From Raillietiella orientalis (Eukaryota), in the NCBI GenBank assembly GCA_036172245.1, contig JAYWIR010000012.1, positions 1,488,001 through 1,552,000 on the forward strand: a stretch of DNA of 64,000 nt, read 5' to 3'. The notes under the pieces were generated by a model. The model made no database searches. It had not been told where the DNA came from and saw only the letters and a list, made by a program, of their open reading frames with translations. Positions 49,512-62,064 of this stretch are shown piece by piece. Position numbers and translations under genes: made by a program. Position 1 is the stretch's first letter. Every line of letters starts with the position of its first letter.

Positions 49512-50310
49512 CCTCCCGCCAACGCGGGTGTGTGGCCACGATGTCCGTGCGTGGTACAGCGACAGTTGCGGGTTCGAATTCCACCTGAGGGAGAGTGGGT
49601 TGTCGCCGAGAACAGGGAATGCGTCGTGCATTTCGAGTGTCCTCTCGAGATGGCTCTGGTTGGTCCGCAGGCTTCAGGTGCGGCACTGGTGGCAGACGGA
49701 AACCGGATTCCCCTGGTCTGGATTGGGAGTCGAATCCCCGAGGGGATTCCAGGAATCACGAAGCCGCTTCTCTTCAGAGTTCCTTCCGGTTGTGGAAATG
49801 GAGTGGCGCCATCACCTACTACAAAGCCGGTTGGTTGACGTCTCTTCAGAGCGTCAGGAAGTGCGCTGCTTCCTTGTGGTAGCGGATCCTTCAGAAAAAT
49901 TGGGAACATGCCTTCGGAGGTCTCATCGGAGGAAGAAACAAGGAGCGGTTCCCTCCGAAACAAGAATTCCAGGAGATGATCCTTTCAGAGTTCCCATCGG
50001 AGAAGAAATCAGGGATGCCCCCCACCGTGGGGTCCCTTCGGAGAGAATGAGGAAGAGGGTTCCTCCAGGGTCTCCTTCCAGCCGTAAGAGAGAAACGGAC
50101 TCGTTTTTCAGAATCTTCCTGGATTCATGGAGTGGTTCCTCTGGAGTGACCCCCTATAACTTGAAACATCACACGCACCCTGGGTGAAGTGTCAAAGAGC
50201 TTCGTGCGCCCCCTCTCCCTGAGGGGGCGAACAGCTCTTCAGAACTCTCTGATGGCCCAAAAAAATATCCGGAGAAGGAAAGGCTGGGAGAAGAGCAGCG
50301 GAAAAGGAAG
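49512..50310 (+). mobile_element. Long tRNA-headed SINE-like element, copy C (near full length)
   Basis: gcgggttcgaattcc B-box, gagatggctctggttggtcc, ~40-bp array (ggaagaaacaaggagcggttccct; gggtcccttcggagagaatgaggaagag), cacacgcaccctgggtgaagtgtcaaagag, purine/A-rich end. Confidence 0.78.
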
Positions 50311-52469
50311 AGCTCAAAGGACTGCCCGCGGAAGGGTCCCACTTCGGATGGGCCACTTCCCAGTCGGTCGCCTCTCACGAGGGTGCATCCACCTCGCCAG
50401 CTTTCCAGGGACACGTCGCTTAGGAAGGAAATCGGCATGCGTGGAAGAATTCTGCAGGACCAACAGTCTTCCAGAGTGTTTCACGTGCCTAGGTGTCGAC
50501 CCCTCTTCCCCCTCCATCCCGACGCTTCAACAAGCTCCCTTCCTGAACGTGGGAGCAGCGCGCTCTCGAGGAAAAGTCGGTGTGCCCCCGTCCCTAGCAT
50601 CGAGCTCCCGGCGAGAGCATTCCGTGCCCATCCGCCGGAACCAATCCCCAGAATCTGCTGATCGGATGGCGGCTTCCCCGCTGGCGTCGTCCCGGTGGCA
50701 GTCTGGCTAACCAGCCTTTACGACCTCAGCGGTACGGAGCCCGGGAAGCAGGAAGGAGGTTTTCCCGTGTTCTTACCGAGAGCTCCTTCCCTTGCTCCTG
50801 TCGAGGGCAAGGGCGCTCCCTTTGGGGTTCCCGATCCCGGGAACGCGCGCAGGCTCCCGCTCGTATCTGGCGGTTCTCCCTGCGTGCTGGCTGGAGTTCG
50901 CCAGGACCGCAGCATCCCTCTGACGGGCGGCGGGTGCCTCCGCGCCTCGGGGGGATGCTGAAGGACTGCTACTCGAGGAGGACGTCGAAGGGAACGGGTT
51001 CCCAGAGAGCAGGGGAGGAATCAGGGTGGTGGGATGAAAACGAACTGCAGCCTTACATGGGTACGCGATCCTCCGGATGGGAGCGAATCGCGGGAGTGAG
51101 GTGCGACGAACGAGCCCGTGTGCTCGCCTCGAAGGGGGATCGAATCGCCCTCCCGGATCCCACCCGGATGCCTTCCTTCCTCCAGGCAATGGGAAAATGC
51201 GCGCCAGCACATCGGACTGGCGGCGCGAAGCGATTGGCGGGGAGGTCTCCGCCCGGAACCACGTGCGGGCGAAAGCCGCCGTCCTAACCCAGCGTTGCTG
51301 GGGAGCGCAGATGCGCTCCTTTGCGAAGAGCAAGGCGGTGACCTGAGCATGCGCACTGCAGGCGCCACGGGAAGAAAGAACGGGATGAAGGAACAAGAAG
51401 TGGACGACACGCGTCACTGCAGGCCCCCTAGGCGCAGCTCTGTCCTTTCCACAGGAGGGAAACACAGCGGCCAACCAATAGGGTGGGAGACACCTCGTAG
51501 AGGGAGCGGTAAACTTGATGGACAGGCGGATTGACACGGAGACAGCCAGCGCACGCACTATGAGACTGCTCCTTTGGGCCAATTAGCAGGACATCCCACC
51601 GTCAGAGATGGAGGCTTCTCTCTCCACCTGGGCAACTCAGGTGGAAGACATCCCGGAAGGTTTGCACCTGCTTCTCTCATCTCCCCGTACTGTTTGGCTC
51701 AAGAGGATCGTAGCGTCCCCGGTATACGCAGGGGGTGGGCCGACCTTTCAGCGAGGAGGAACGTGGTGCAGTGACCTTTGAAAGACGGCAGAGTAAAGGA
51801 GGAAGCCTGCTGCACCGCACGCAGGTTCCAGAACACGCAACGGGTGTGACCGGTGACCTCGGTTCCTTGCTTATGTATTTATTCATTTATTTAGTTGCTG
51901 TTGCCTCCCTTACACGCACTTTTCCCAGGTCCGCCAGTCGATGGATTTAATCATTCACGTCTGCATTTTTTTTTTGGGGGGGGGTTTTGGAAACGGAATG
52001 CCCCGCCTCGAGCGGGTGGAAATGATTTCCAAGAAGATGCAAGAGGGTTCGTTCAGGGCATTCAGATGAAGTCTTGCTGATGAAGTTTACTCATCCTCTG
52101 AGGCCCCTGGATACACTGCAAGTTTTTCTTGAGTTTTTTTCAGATTCAAAATGACTCGACATTTTTCAAAGAGCGCAAAGCCATCTCAAGGCTCATCCGT
52201 AGCGCCTCGCGTATAGGAAACCCGTGTCCTTTTCGTCTTCAGGGATTAAAAAAGATTCCTGCCTGCCTTTCCTTTATCACGCGGGAAGTGTTCCACCCCT
52301 ACCTATAGTGAATTCTCTCTCCTCTTATATGTGTCCGGCATTCATGCCATGCTTGTGTAGGGCAGCACGAAGAGAATCCGCAACCATCTGGCTCGGATCT
52401 TTGAAGGTTTGCGGAGCGTCTCCTTGGTGAACCACTTGAGAACTGCCTGATTCCCGCGTCCTGGAAGCA

Positions 52470-53650
52470 TCCCGATCCAGGATGCACAATTGGCAGGATG
52501 GGCGTGAAAGGAGAGAAGGTGGAGTTGCTGCATCTAAGCAAGCATCCGGGAACAAGCTAGCGGACTCAAGAAACGAGGATGGAACGCCAGGAAAGGACAG
52601 GCAAGTTGCTATCGCAAAACCATCACGTCTCAGGAGGCTCTTTCGTTGCTGCGGTCATGATTTCTGGGAGTACCGGCACCGAGACCATCGCTACAAAAAT
52701 GAATGCGCGAGAACCTTTCTGATGGCTCCATGCCTTTGATCAAGGCAGTTTCATTCTTTTATATGCAAAATGGCGCTGCTTGATCTGACAGGAGTTAAAG
52801 TTTCTGAAAGACAGGGGATGCTCTTTTTTGCTAAAGACGACGCACACGGTTAAGAACGCGAGTTACTGGAAGCCGAACAGCATGCTCTGGCTGAGAAATG
52901 GCAAAAGTATCAGCTTACACAGGAAACCCAACGCTTCCGTGATCGGGACAATAAGATGCGCTCGATTGAATGCAAAAGATTCCGTTTCGCATCCGAAGGT
53001 TTGTCGAGGAAACGAAACTTTTCCTAGCAGCCAACTGCTCCGTGGAAGAGATCTCAGAAGACGCACAAGCAGCAATGCTTACCCGGAATTTGGTTGCCCG
53101 AAGAATTTCGAGTTTCCCAGAAGTCCTCGTTTTTCGTCCCTGCCACTGGCCTTCTCCATGGAAAGCAGCTTTTCCTTTGGATAATTCTAGTTGACTCTTG
53201 CCCTCCGTGCGTGTACTGCTTGCAGCGGCTGCACTGATCATAAGGCCATGCTGCTATTTCCGAAGGCTGGCTGGAAATATCAGATGGCTATGAACTCCTT
53301 CAAGGGTAAACTCTTGATACACTGGCAAAATTCTGCTCTGCGAGCATCAACAGATGATATCTGCAGGTGCAGAACGCCCATCAACGCGATGAAGCGATGG
53401 CTGTCCTCCAGCAAACCACGCACCGGAATCGTCATGGCGATCACCTTTCACGTTCCCTTCCATGCACGTTGATGTTTTCGTTTCTTGAAAGCAAATTTTC
53501 AGCTGCAGAACGAACGGTGAACTGTACCTTGGCCGTCCTGCTCTTCAAGTAGCTTGCAGAATTCGCATCAGCTCCTGACAGCACTCTGCAGCTCTTTTTG
53601 CAGATGCATTGCCTCATTTTTAAAGCGGACAAAGGAATGCTTTTATTCTG
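52470..53650 (+). mobile_element. Decayed L1/Tx1-like ORF2 relic (endonuclease to RT)
   Basis: GGVA, DFWEYRHRDHRY (cf. D.WR..HP...Y), SYWKPNSML (cf. GYWKLN.SLL), LLFPKAG, RIRISS*QHSAALFA (cf. GIRQGCPLS..LFA). Confidence 0.5.
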
Positions 53651-54317
53651 CTATGACCTTCTGCCATTTCGGATTCACAGTGCTCCGACCTTCCCTTGGC
53701 TGAGGAAGATTTTGGCTTTCATCTAGGAATGCACGAATTTTTCCATCATTATGAAGCGGAATGCGCACACCATCTCTTTTGTAATGCAGAGGATTTATGC
53801 AGTGTGCACTTTCCTCCCTCTTCATCCTCCTCTTTCCCTCCTTGGATTATTCTGGAGAGGAGTATAAGTTGCCATGCAAAGTTCAATCAGCCAAGTTCCA
53901 GTGAGATCACCTTGCACTCCAAGGTGATCTCACTATTTAAACTGTTCCCAGCACACTTGGAATCTTAGCAGGCCACACCAGGTTTAGCAGACACTCAACC
54001 TGTCCAGAAGGTTGTCTCTGGAATCCTGACCTCTTCTTTCGAATGGGAAGCTGCATTCCCGGGAGTCCAGTGAGTGGATCGTCGTACCGAAGGCTGATTG
54101 TCATTGTCAAGTGAAGAAACGCCCTGCTGTACGTGCAGGACGCGGATCGGGATGCGTAATGCTGCTGCTACTGCTGCTCCGCGCGCAGCTGTCGTCAAGG
54201 CGACGCTCCCGTGCCTCCTGATTGCGACCAGCATGCGGCACCCCCCGTGAAGTTCGAAAGCACAGGATTATTCAGAGAACCGGTTCCATCCCTCCTCACC
54301 CTCTCCTCCTCGTTGCT

Positions 54318-54770
54318 ATGATAGCGGTGGCGGTTGTGATCCCTCCCTCCCTTTGCCTTGTGACGTCCAGCGCCTCCGCCGGAGGACCGCCAAATGGGGA
54401 ACAACACTGGCGCAGCCCTGTTGAGCATCTCTGTGATCCTAATGCCGGTGGTGGTGGTGTGAGAGGCGTCAGCGCAGTCCCGGAGCTGCGCATCCTAAAG
54501 CACCCCATCGACATCACCGCTGCCAAGGACGAACCCGTGGTCTTGAGCTGCATGCCCGAAGGGGTCCCCACGCCCGAGGTGCAGTGGTTCAAGGACGGAG
54601 AGCTGCTCCCGTCCACGCAGTCGGACACTCGCATGCTTTTCGTTACGGGCTCCCTCTCCTTCCTCCAGGTGCAGCACACGAAGAAGGAACAGGACTCCGG
54701 GATGTACTGGTAGATGACCAGGAAGACTGTGGGAGCCGCCAGGAGCCACAAGGCTATGCAGACAGTGACA
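54318..54770 (+). pseudogene. robo: Roundabout (Robo) pseudogene fragment: signal-peptide-like segment plus Ig1 domain with an in-frame TAG
   Basis: RILKHPIDITAAKDEPVVLSCMPEGVPTPEVQWFKDGE...RMLFVTGSLSFLQVQHTKKEQDSGMYW*MTRKTVGAARSHKAMQTV is colinear with Robo Ig1 (RIIEHP.D....NEPATLNC..EG.P.P.IEWFKDGE...KKEQDGGEYWCVAKNRVGQAVSRHASLQI). TAG (54711-54713) replaces the invariant second Cys. Confidence 0.85.
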
Positions 54771-55099
54771 AAGCAACGCAGTTCTTGGGATACTGTGGAA
54801 GATCAAAATTGATCGTACAAACGGCGCCAGTCTGTTGGCGCAGATTCGTGCAACACATGATTCATCATGGGCGGCTCTTGTTTCTAGCGACAACTTGCTC
54901 TTCAGCCACGAGTCGTGACAAGCGGGACAGCTGCAAGATTTCTTGCGTTTACCTCGACTTTGTAAAAAATTCTTCTCGTTGTCGTTGAGGACAGGCAGTT
55001 TATTCTCTTCATGGCTTCCAAAGCTGGCGAGAGCTCGCGGCCTTCTTTCTTCCGGTGTCGCCCTCCACGTAAAAGGAGCTTTCCTCCTTTCTCTCCACG

Positions 55100-56030
55100 C
55101 AGAAGCAGCAGCAGCCGGAGTGCCTAGTGATCTCTGGAAGCGATGCATGCGCAGGACTTGAAGCAAGGTGACGCCATCGGTCGGCGTAAGGGGAAGCAAC
55201 CGCAGTTTTGGAATGAGATGGGAAGTCGTGGGGTTGAGAAGAGAGGCAAGTGGGCGGGCGGCGGTGGCACTCGAGCACTGAGGGGGCCGCAAAACTGGAT
55301 TTGAACACTCTTCGGAGTTATCTGCTTAGTTTAGGAGCCTTTTGAAATTCTCATGAAGGCGGCCATCGACCTCCGACTCTTCCCTGTGAAACTTTTCAGG
55401 TCTCCAGCGAAACCGCACAGCCTCTCAAAGACACTCCCCGGACAACGGAGAAACAGAAGACTCTTCTGCCACGCATAATTGGCACCTGGCGCCACAAAGA
55501 GTGATGACTGGCGATGACCCAAGCAGCGGCGCATTCTGATGCAATCACAGCGCCTTCCCGTACACATGTCACTCGGTTTCGCTCGGCACCCGTACTTCAA
55601 GATCTGCAAGATCTGTGGAGATTGATCCCTCGACGCTCATATCCTGTTGAGTGGAGTTGCACCATTAGAGGATGCAGGTGAACCGAAATGGGTACTGGGA
55701 AGGAAGAGGATATTTCGGCTGAGCCTCTCGTTGCAAAAGTAGCCCCAGCACCTTTGAGCTTGCCTCTGAGGGCAACACGGAAGGAGAGATGCGGATGTAC
55801 AAGAACACGATCGAACCCGTGTTTCGAAATGCTTTCTCCCAAGAGCTTGCAGATCCACGTGGACGAGGTATCAACGATGATGGAGTATCCACTGACGATT
55901 CGCTCCGAACCTTGGCAGTGTTACAGTACGTGCACTCAGCCATCATCCACTTTCTGGTGATCTTGACTTCGGAGAGGAAGCGAAAAGAATGATTTCGCTG
56001 CTCCACAAGCGAGTGAAGGTTCCCATGATT
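55100..56030 (+). mobile_element. Possible decayed hAT transposase relic
   Basis: LFRSPAK (cf. FF..SPKR) and VHSA...LTSERKRKE*FRCSTSE*RF (cf. VTSA..ERSFS.LKR.K..LRSTM..ERL dimerisation domain). Confidence 0.3.
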
Positions 56031-58059
56031 GTGACGTCTTCCTCCAAGGTCGAGCAGGTCATTTTTTGTTAAATTCGTTCCTTTTAGCACAGGTGGATCC
56101 GCACGGGCAGTCTGCTTTCCACGGGAACTTCGACGTCCTTTTGAGTGAGCTTTGCCCGAGTCACCGAACGTGGATTCGTTTGCAGGAAACGGGACGCATT
56201 TCGCGAGGGAGGAGGTGTCGGTGCTCGTCTCCCCTGGAATAGCGTTCGTCCCCCAGGAGACACCGAAGGGAGAACACAACGCGCCTTTCGCAATGTCACG
56301 TGATCAAGCAGGTCATCCGGGCGGCTTTTTCCGAGTCTCTGAAAGTGATGGAGGCTTTCCGAGTGTGAATCCCACTGTCCTCAAACCAGGCTTTCGATGG
56401 ACGCGTGTCCACTTCAAGTCACCATGGTGGTGTCGTTCGTCTTGCATATCTGTCAGGGACATCTCTGATCGTTCCAGTGAATCCCTCACGGACAAATGGA
56501 TACCGCTCTAGTGAGTGCCCTCAGTATCTGTGCTGAAAGGAAATGGGTATGTAGTAGTAGCTGCAAGTGTGAGGTCATGCCTCTCTAACGGTTCAAAAAG
56601 GGGTTTCCCTAAGCCGCAAAGGCTGTCGTTTGTTCCCGGTGGTTGCGGCATGCGTCATTTCACCATGGGAACGGAAGTGTTCGATCAAAGCTGAGCTACC
56701 CATCGGGTTCGCAAGAGTGACTTCTCTGCAGCCTCCCCCGCGAAAAGATTTGTGTTTGTTTATCTCTGCTGCGGGATGGTAACCGCACTCCTCCAGGGGA
56801 GAACAGCGGGAGCGAGGTCAGGAAGCTTCGAAAGTTTTTTCTTCTTTTTTTTCCCAAACAAATCCAAGGACACGGGAAGCGCAAAGATATCAAAGAGGAG
56901 GCAGCAACGAGCGCAACCCCGAACTTTTGTCCCGCTCGCTCCTCCTCAAAGTCATCATCTCGATTGTAAAGCAAACACGCAGTGCGGAGAGGAACGTGAA
57001 GAGCGCTCGTGTTTTGATTATGCTCGGAATATACCTCGAAGAAAATGACATTATGGTCTTCTTTGTGCGGATGCGTGACATCCCGATGCGCCTCACGCCC
57101 TTATTCTCGTCTGGCATCTCGCATCCCGGAATTTATAGTTCCGTTCCAGGAACACGTTCATCAAATTATTGCGGAGCGGCTCGGCGGCTGAGAATCTACG
57201 AGCCTCCTGCATCGATTTCGTGTTTGTCAGCTCTGAGTGAAATCGCGGAAAGACGATTACGTCCGCAATCATTCTGTTTGTCAGCGAACCTCCGGCTCCG
57301 GCAGCTGGAAAAACTTCGCGTTTTCCGCTCAAAGGAATTCCTTCGAAACGAGTGCTCCTCATTCCCTCCCGGGTTTCAGATGTGGGAGGCAGAAATTCGC
57401 CTCTTGCCGTGCTACCCTCAAGGGATTACCTGAATGTTAAATGAGATGTTTGATGTCTGCGGGGATGGATGCCTCTTCATTTTGAGAGCGGAAAGGCAAG
57501 AAGAATCGCTCTGACTTGAGAAGGGACACCGATAGAGAGACCAGATGTGGCAACGAAGTGCCTCATGCCATCCGCACTAGGTCTTCGATCAAAAATAGAA
57601 GGCGAAAAAATTCTTCAATATGTTTTTTTTTTTTTTAAAAAAAAAAGAATTTCCTTCGGGGTTTTCTAGAAGGATCTTTGGGATTTCCTTGAAGATTCCG
57701 CGGTCTCCTCTTTCTCCTTCTCCCTGGGCACCAGCTCGTTGGAGTCTGCTTGGGAAAAGGTGACTTCGAGCTCTTCGGACGGCCAGTTGTCCAGCTCGCC
57801 GTCTGGTGCACGCTCCAGCTCCCGGGGCTTAACTGCACGGTTTTCTGGAGGGTGGAGACGACCGCGGAGGGCAGATAAACTGCCGCATCGCTTACGGAGG
57901 ATCGTGCGAAAGGAGACACATCAGCGGATGGAAACGACGAGACCTGCGTGATGATGTGAGCAGCTATTTTATTTTTTTTTTTTCTGGATAGCATGATTCC
58001 CGACGTACGTGCTTCCGGTACCAACGTACTCTCCGAGCAACGTCCAGCGCTGTTCCGTG

Positions 58060-59250
58060 TACACTCAGCCATTCATGTGCATCCATCACTGCTACTGTTC
58101 ATCCCATGTCGTGCGACATGATTCTCGCTATCGCGAACGGGGACGACTGGAAACGATCCTCTTTCACGGAAATATGGGTATCGATGCACTCTCCTCAAAA
58201 AGTGGTACTTTGAATCCTTCCCACAGAGATTTCCCCATTCGTAAGCAGATAAGGAAACATGTCATTAGAAACCATGGAGAAGGTAAAGAAATCCAGCCTG
58301 CAATCGCATCTACGAATCTCTCACAAGCCTTTTCAAACCCAGACATCTGATTTCCAGCAAGCTCGTTACGGTAATTAGCTCATTAGTCTCCACATGACGA
58401 GCAAAAATTCTCATTAGTCCAGGATCTCTCTTTAGCCCCGCCGGCCAGCCGAGCTGGTGATCGTTTTCAAGTCAAGCTCCAGGTGGAAGCTCGGCCGAAG
58501 GTGACTGGAAGGCTAGGGCCGCCTTCTGCTAGAGCAATATTGTTCCCTATGGAGTGAAGGAGGTTCGTTTCAGAGAATTCTCCACTTGGATTTACGCTTA
58601 CCAGACTGATTCTGTAAGAGGGATTTGGAATCGAGGGGAAACGAAACAGTCACGGGGCCTGCTGTACGACACATTCGCTTCAATACGTCTTTTGCCACCA
58701 GAGGCTCAGGGCGTTCTCCCCACAACTGACGAAGCTTTCGCAATCTTTCCAGCCTTTCCTCAACGTTTTTCGTGACACGTCTTGACCGAAAACTTACTTT
58801 CGGCCGAGACGTACTGAACCCCTGGATTGGTTTACTTCACAGAGATGTCTTGAACTACCGCGTCGGCGTGCCACATCACCAGCTGTTTCCTAAAAGAAAT
58901 TCCCGCTGAGCAAGTTCCTCTTCATTAAGCGTTCCTCATCTACCTGGATGAGTACATGCTGCCCATGGTGTGGATCTTCGGCTTCGAAGAAGCGTTCTGT
59001 TACCCCGGATTGTCTTTGCCACCGCATATACCCATCTCCGATGAAATGTGTTTCTCACTCTCCCTGCAGCCAATGATATCGATAGTTGTTTTCCCTATGA
59101 CTTCGAGTCAAGGAACGCGATGAGGAATGCTGATCTTACCCTTCTTTCGAGCTCACACAGATTACGCTTCCGTATGAGCGCTCAAGATCATCCTTTGGTC
59201 AACTACATGTTGCCAACGAACAGTCGCTTCCTCTCATGCCTCGAAGACCA
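58060..59250 (+). mobile_element. Decayed LINE ORF2 relic
   Basis: RFREFST (cf. GFR..RST), LYDT (cf. AYDT), LDRKLTFGRDV at ~58781 (cf. LD.KLTF..HI), QDHPL. Confidence 0.4.
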
Positions 59251-59605
59251 ATAGGTGAAGAGACTGGAAGTTCCATGCCTCGACAGGATGCCCTCACTTG
59301 TTGGCAGCAAAAGGACCGCTCGTGAATGAGAAAACGCTCTGAAACCGTTGCTCAGCTTGGCTCAATTCAGAGTGCACCTGGCTTCACACTCACTGCGGTC
59401 ACGACGCCAGTGTAAGGTTATAGAGACGGCAACTACCATGCGATCTCGACAGTGGAACACCACCATCAGGCGGCCCAGTTTCTCCAGGGGCAAGGACAGC
59501 CCATGTGCCCACGGGCGTGTTCCAGCTCAAAATTCTGTTTTCATGGAAGTAACTGTGCCAGCGTCAGCAGCAACGCCACTCGCGTCTTAACGCAGTGGCG
59601 ATAGC

Positions 59606-60170
59606 AGCCACGTTGGCGGTCGTGTGGCTGCGGTCTCCGCGCGTATTACGAAGCGTTGTGGGTTCGAATCCCTCCCGGGAAAGGATTGATGCCGAGAAAT
59701 GGATTGTGCCTCGTGGGTTTCGAGCCTCCCCTAGGAGGATGACGCTGGTTGACCTCATGCGTGGCGACACTGATGGAAGCTAGAAACCGGATGCCCCCGT
59801 TGGCTGGCCGGGATTAGAAGTCGACCCTCTGGGGTCCTTCCAGGAATCAAAGAGCAGGTTTCCTTAGGGGTTCCCCTTCCGTTGTGTAAATAAGGCCATC
59901 TCCTCCCCTGGAGAGGGACCTTCCATCTCGTAACATGAAGCTGGAGGATCGATACCTCTCCAGAGTGTCAAGAAATGCTCTGCTCCCTTCGGGAGAGACC
60001 CTTGAGAGAAAATTCGGAAGCGTTCCTTCAGGGTTCTCTTCAGAGGAGGAAACAAGGAGCGGTTCCCTTGTGGGTTCCCTCTGGAGAAGACATGAGAAGT
60101 GACCTTTCTGAGAGAATAAGGAAGAGGCTCCCTTGGGTCCCTTCGGAGACAACCAGAGCAGCATGTTTCG
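59606..60170 (+). mobile_element. Long tRNA-headed SINE-like element, copy D (3'-truncated)
   Basis: ttggcggtcgtgtgg A-box-like, gtgggttcgaatccc B-box, second tcgtgggtttcgagcctccc, ggatgacgctggttgacc, atgcccccgttggctggccgggat, ~40-bp array. Confidence 0.8.
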
Positions 60171-60399
60171 ATAGTGCCAGTCACACCCATGTCACGTTCA
60201 GCAGGTTCTGCCTAAAACTGCTTGGCAACCAAGCAGACCTCCAAACAAACATCAACTAGACCAGAAGTCTTGGTTATCCAACGAGAGAGTGCACCAATGA
60301 TCAAAGGTGAAGGAGGTCACCTTCAAGACCGAGCCACTGAAATTAGGCAACGTCAAAGGCATCTAGGTTGCGTTGTGCAACAGGAATGTGATCATTCTG

Positions 60400-62030
60400 A
60401 TCGATGATCCCTAGTGCCAGTGGATTCACTATGCTTACGGACAGCGGGTAAATGGTCGAGATACTGGTCAAACAGAGGATCAACTGAACGGACGTCTGGT
60501 ACATGGAATGGGTAAATCCTCCAACACAACTATACACAGGACAGGAACCAGAATTCACCTCACTAGGCACACAGTCTGGGATTGCCTGTGCCAATAAGAA
60601 TAGGCAACACATGGGAAAAGTCCTCTTCGAGTGAAGGTGGACGAGGATGTCAAGATCGCGGACGCGCACTCCCAGCTATTACTAATAAGGTTCTGGCAAC
60701 GTTCTGTATTGTTTGCAAGAGTTTGGACGCCGATTAGGATCTTACTCTGGTGTCACGATGCCACTGGTGAAACCAGCGGGAACACCGTGAAATCGCAGCT
60801 GTGTCACTTTTGCAGGCAGTCGGGCCACGCAAAGAGGAAGCACAGAAGGCGTATCAGCTGGCGGGAGATTCAGGGCCATCCTTCCAAGGTCAAGAGGGTC
60901 CAGGAGGAGCTGCCGGAGAAAGTCGCAACCACAGCAATGGAATGTCTCGAAAGTCAGCAGAAGGAAAGGAAGAAGCTCAGGCAGGAGTTGCAGGGTGCCT
61001 CCGGAGCACAAGCGGAAGGTGCTGCGCCCAAGAAGAACTAGAGAAAACAAAGGAATGCGAACAGCAGATAAGATTAACGAGAAATTGCGACCGGGTGCAA
61101 GCGGCAAGGAACAGGCGAATATCCTGAGCCAACTCTGTTCAGTAGGGGAAATCATCCTTCAGGAAGTCTGCAGTGGTGAACATCGCCTCCAGCTGGAGAG
61201 CAACAAATTGCTTGACTTGCGCGTCATCACTCCCGGAAAAGATGGAGACTAAACCGAACACCATGGCCAAAGCTCACAGCACCCTGTCACAGATAGCACG
61301 GACCACATAGAGTCCGAAAGCGATGTAGAGGAAGAAAGCGCTGCTGCTAGGAGTCCGCAATGGTCTTCTCGGCAAAAGAACAAGAAGCGCAAGGGGAGTA
61401 GTCCTTCCTGTACATGGCAGGAAGAACAAAAATCTCTCTCGGAAGATCAGAGGGTTGTAGAACCAGGACAAAAGGGGGCTTGTTACGCAGACCGTCGAGT
61501 GTGACCACATCGTGTGTCTGCAAAAAACCCAAGGTATGGGTCACAATATCGGATGAGAACTCGGACAACCAATGGACGTCTGACTATTCATTGGTGCGGG
61601 TGAAAAGCAGGCAGAGGGGTTGGTGGTCGTAAAAGATGAGATCGCATATTCTCGATACGTTCTCTCCGCGTCTTGGTCTGACCATCGGCGTTCGAATGCT
61701 TTGACCCGGAAGTGTCCACTTGCTCCTAGTGAACCTGCACGGGCCGTACAAGAGAAAGTACCGATGCGAAGAAAGGAGCGCAGACTCTTCTGCTCAGCAC
61801 GGCCTCACTGGAAGGACATCGTTGTCTCCGGACTTCGACATGCTGGAGGACGTCCCAGGTCACTAGTCCGAGGATCCGAGAGAAGGAAGAGGCGATGCAC
61901 TGTTTGAAGAATATGCAGCTAGCTGGAGGCACAAACCGGTGGACCACGCCCCCTGCAGCAAAGACATAGGCGACCCGGGATACGCGGATTCCGCTTCCGG
62001 ATCGTCCCTGAGTGCGGTTCACTGTGAAAA
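60400..62030 (+). mobile_element. Possible L1/Tx1-like 5' part: ORF1 zinc-knuckle remnant and endonuclease start
   Basis: LCHFCRQSGHAKRKH (degenerate CCHC knuckle), a second ..QGHPSK remnant, and KERRLFCSARPHWKDIVV (cf. KRR.IF..L.....DI.FLQE). Confidence 0.4.
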
Positions 62031-62064
62031 GTGGAAACTCTGAGTGGAAGAATGGTTCCCTACC

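Noticed and set aside
54711..54713. Stop-codon recoding (Sec, readthrough or A-to-I editing) rescuing the Robo fragment
   Set aside because: The codon is TAG, not TGA; editing would give Trp rather than the required Cys; other conserved positions are also altered.
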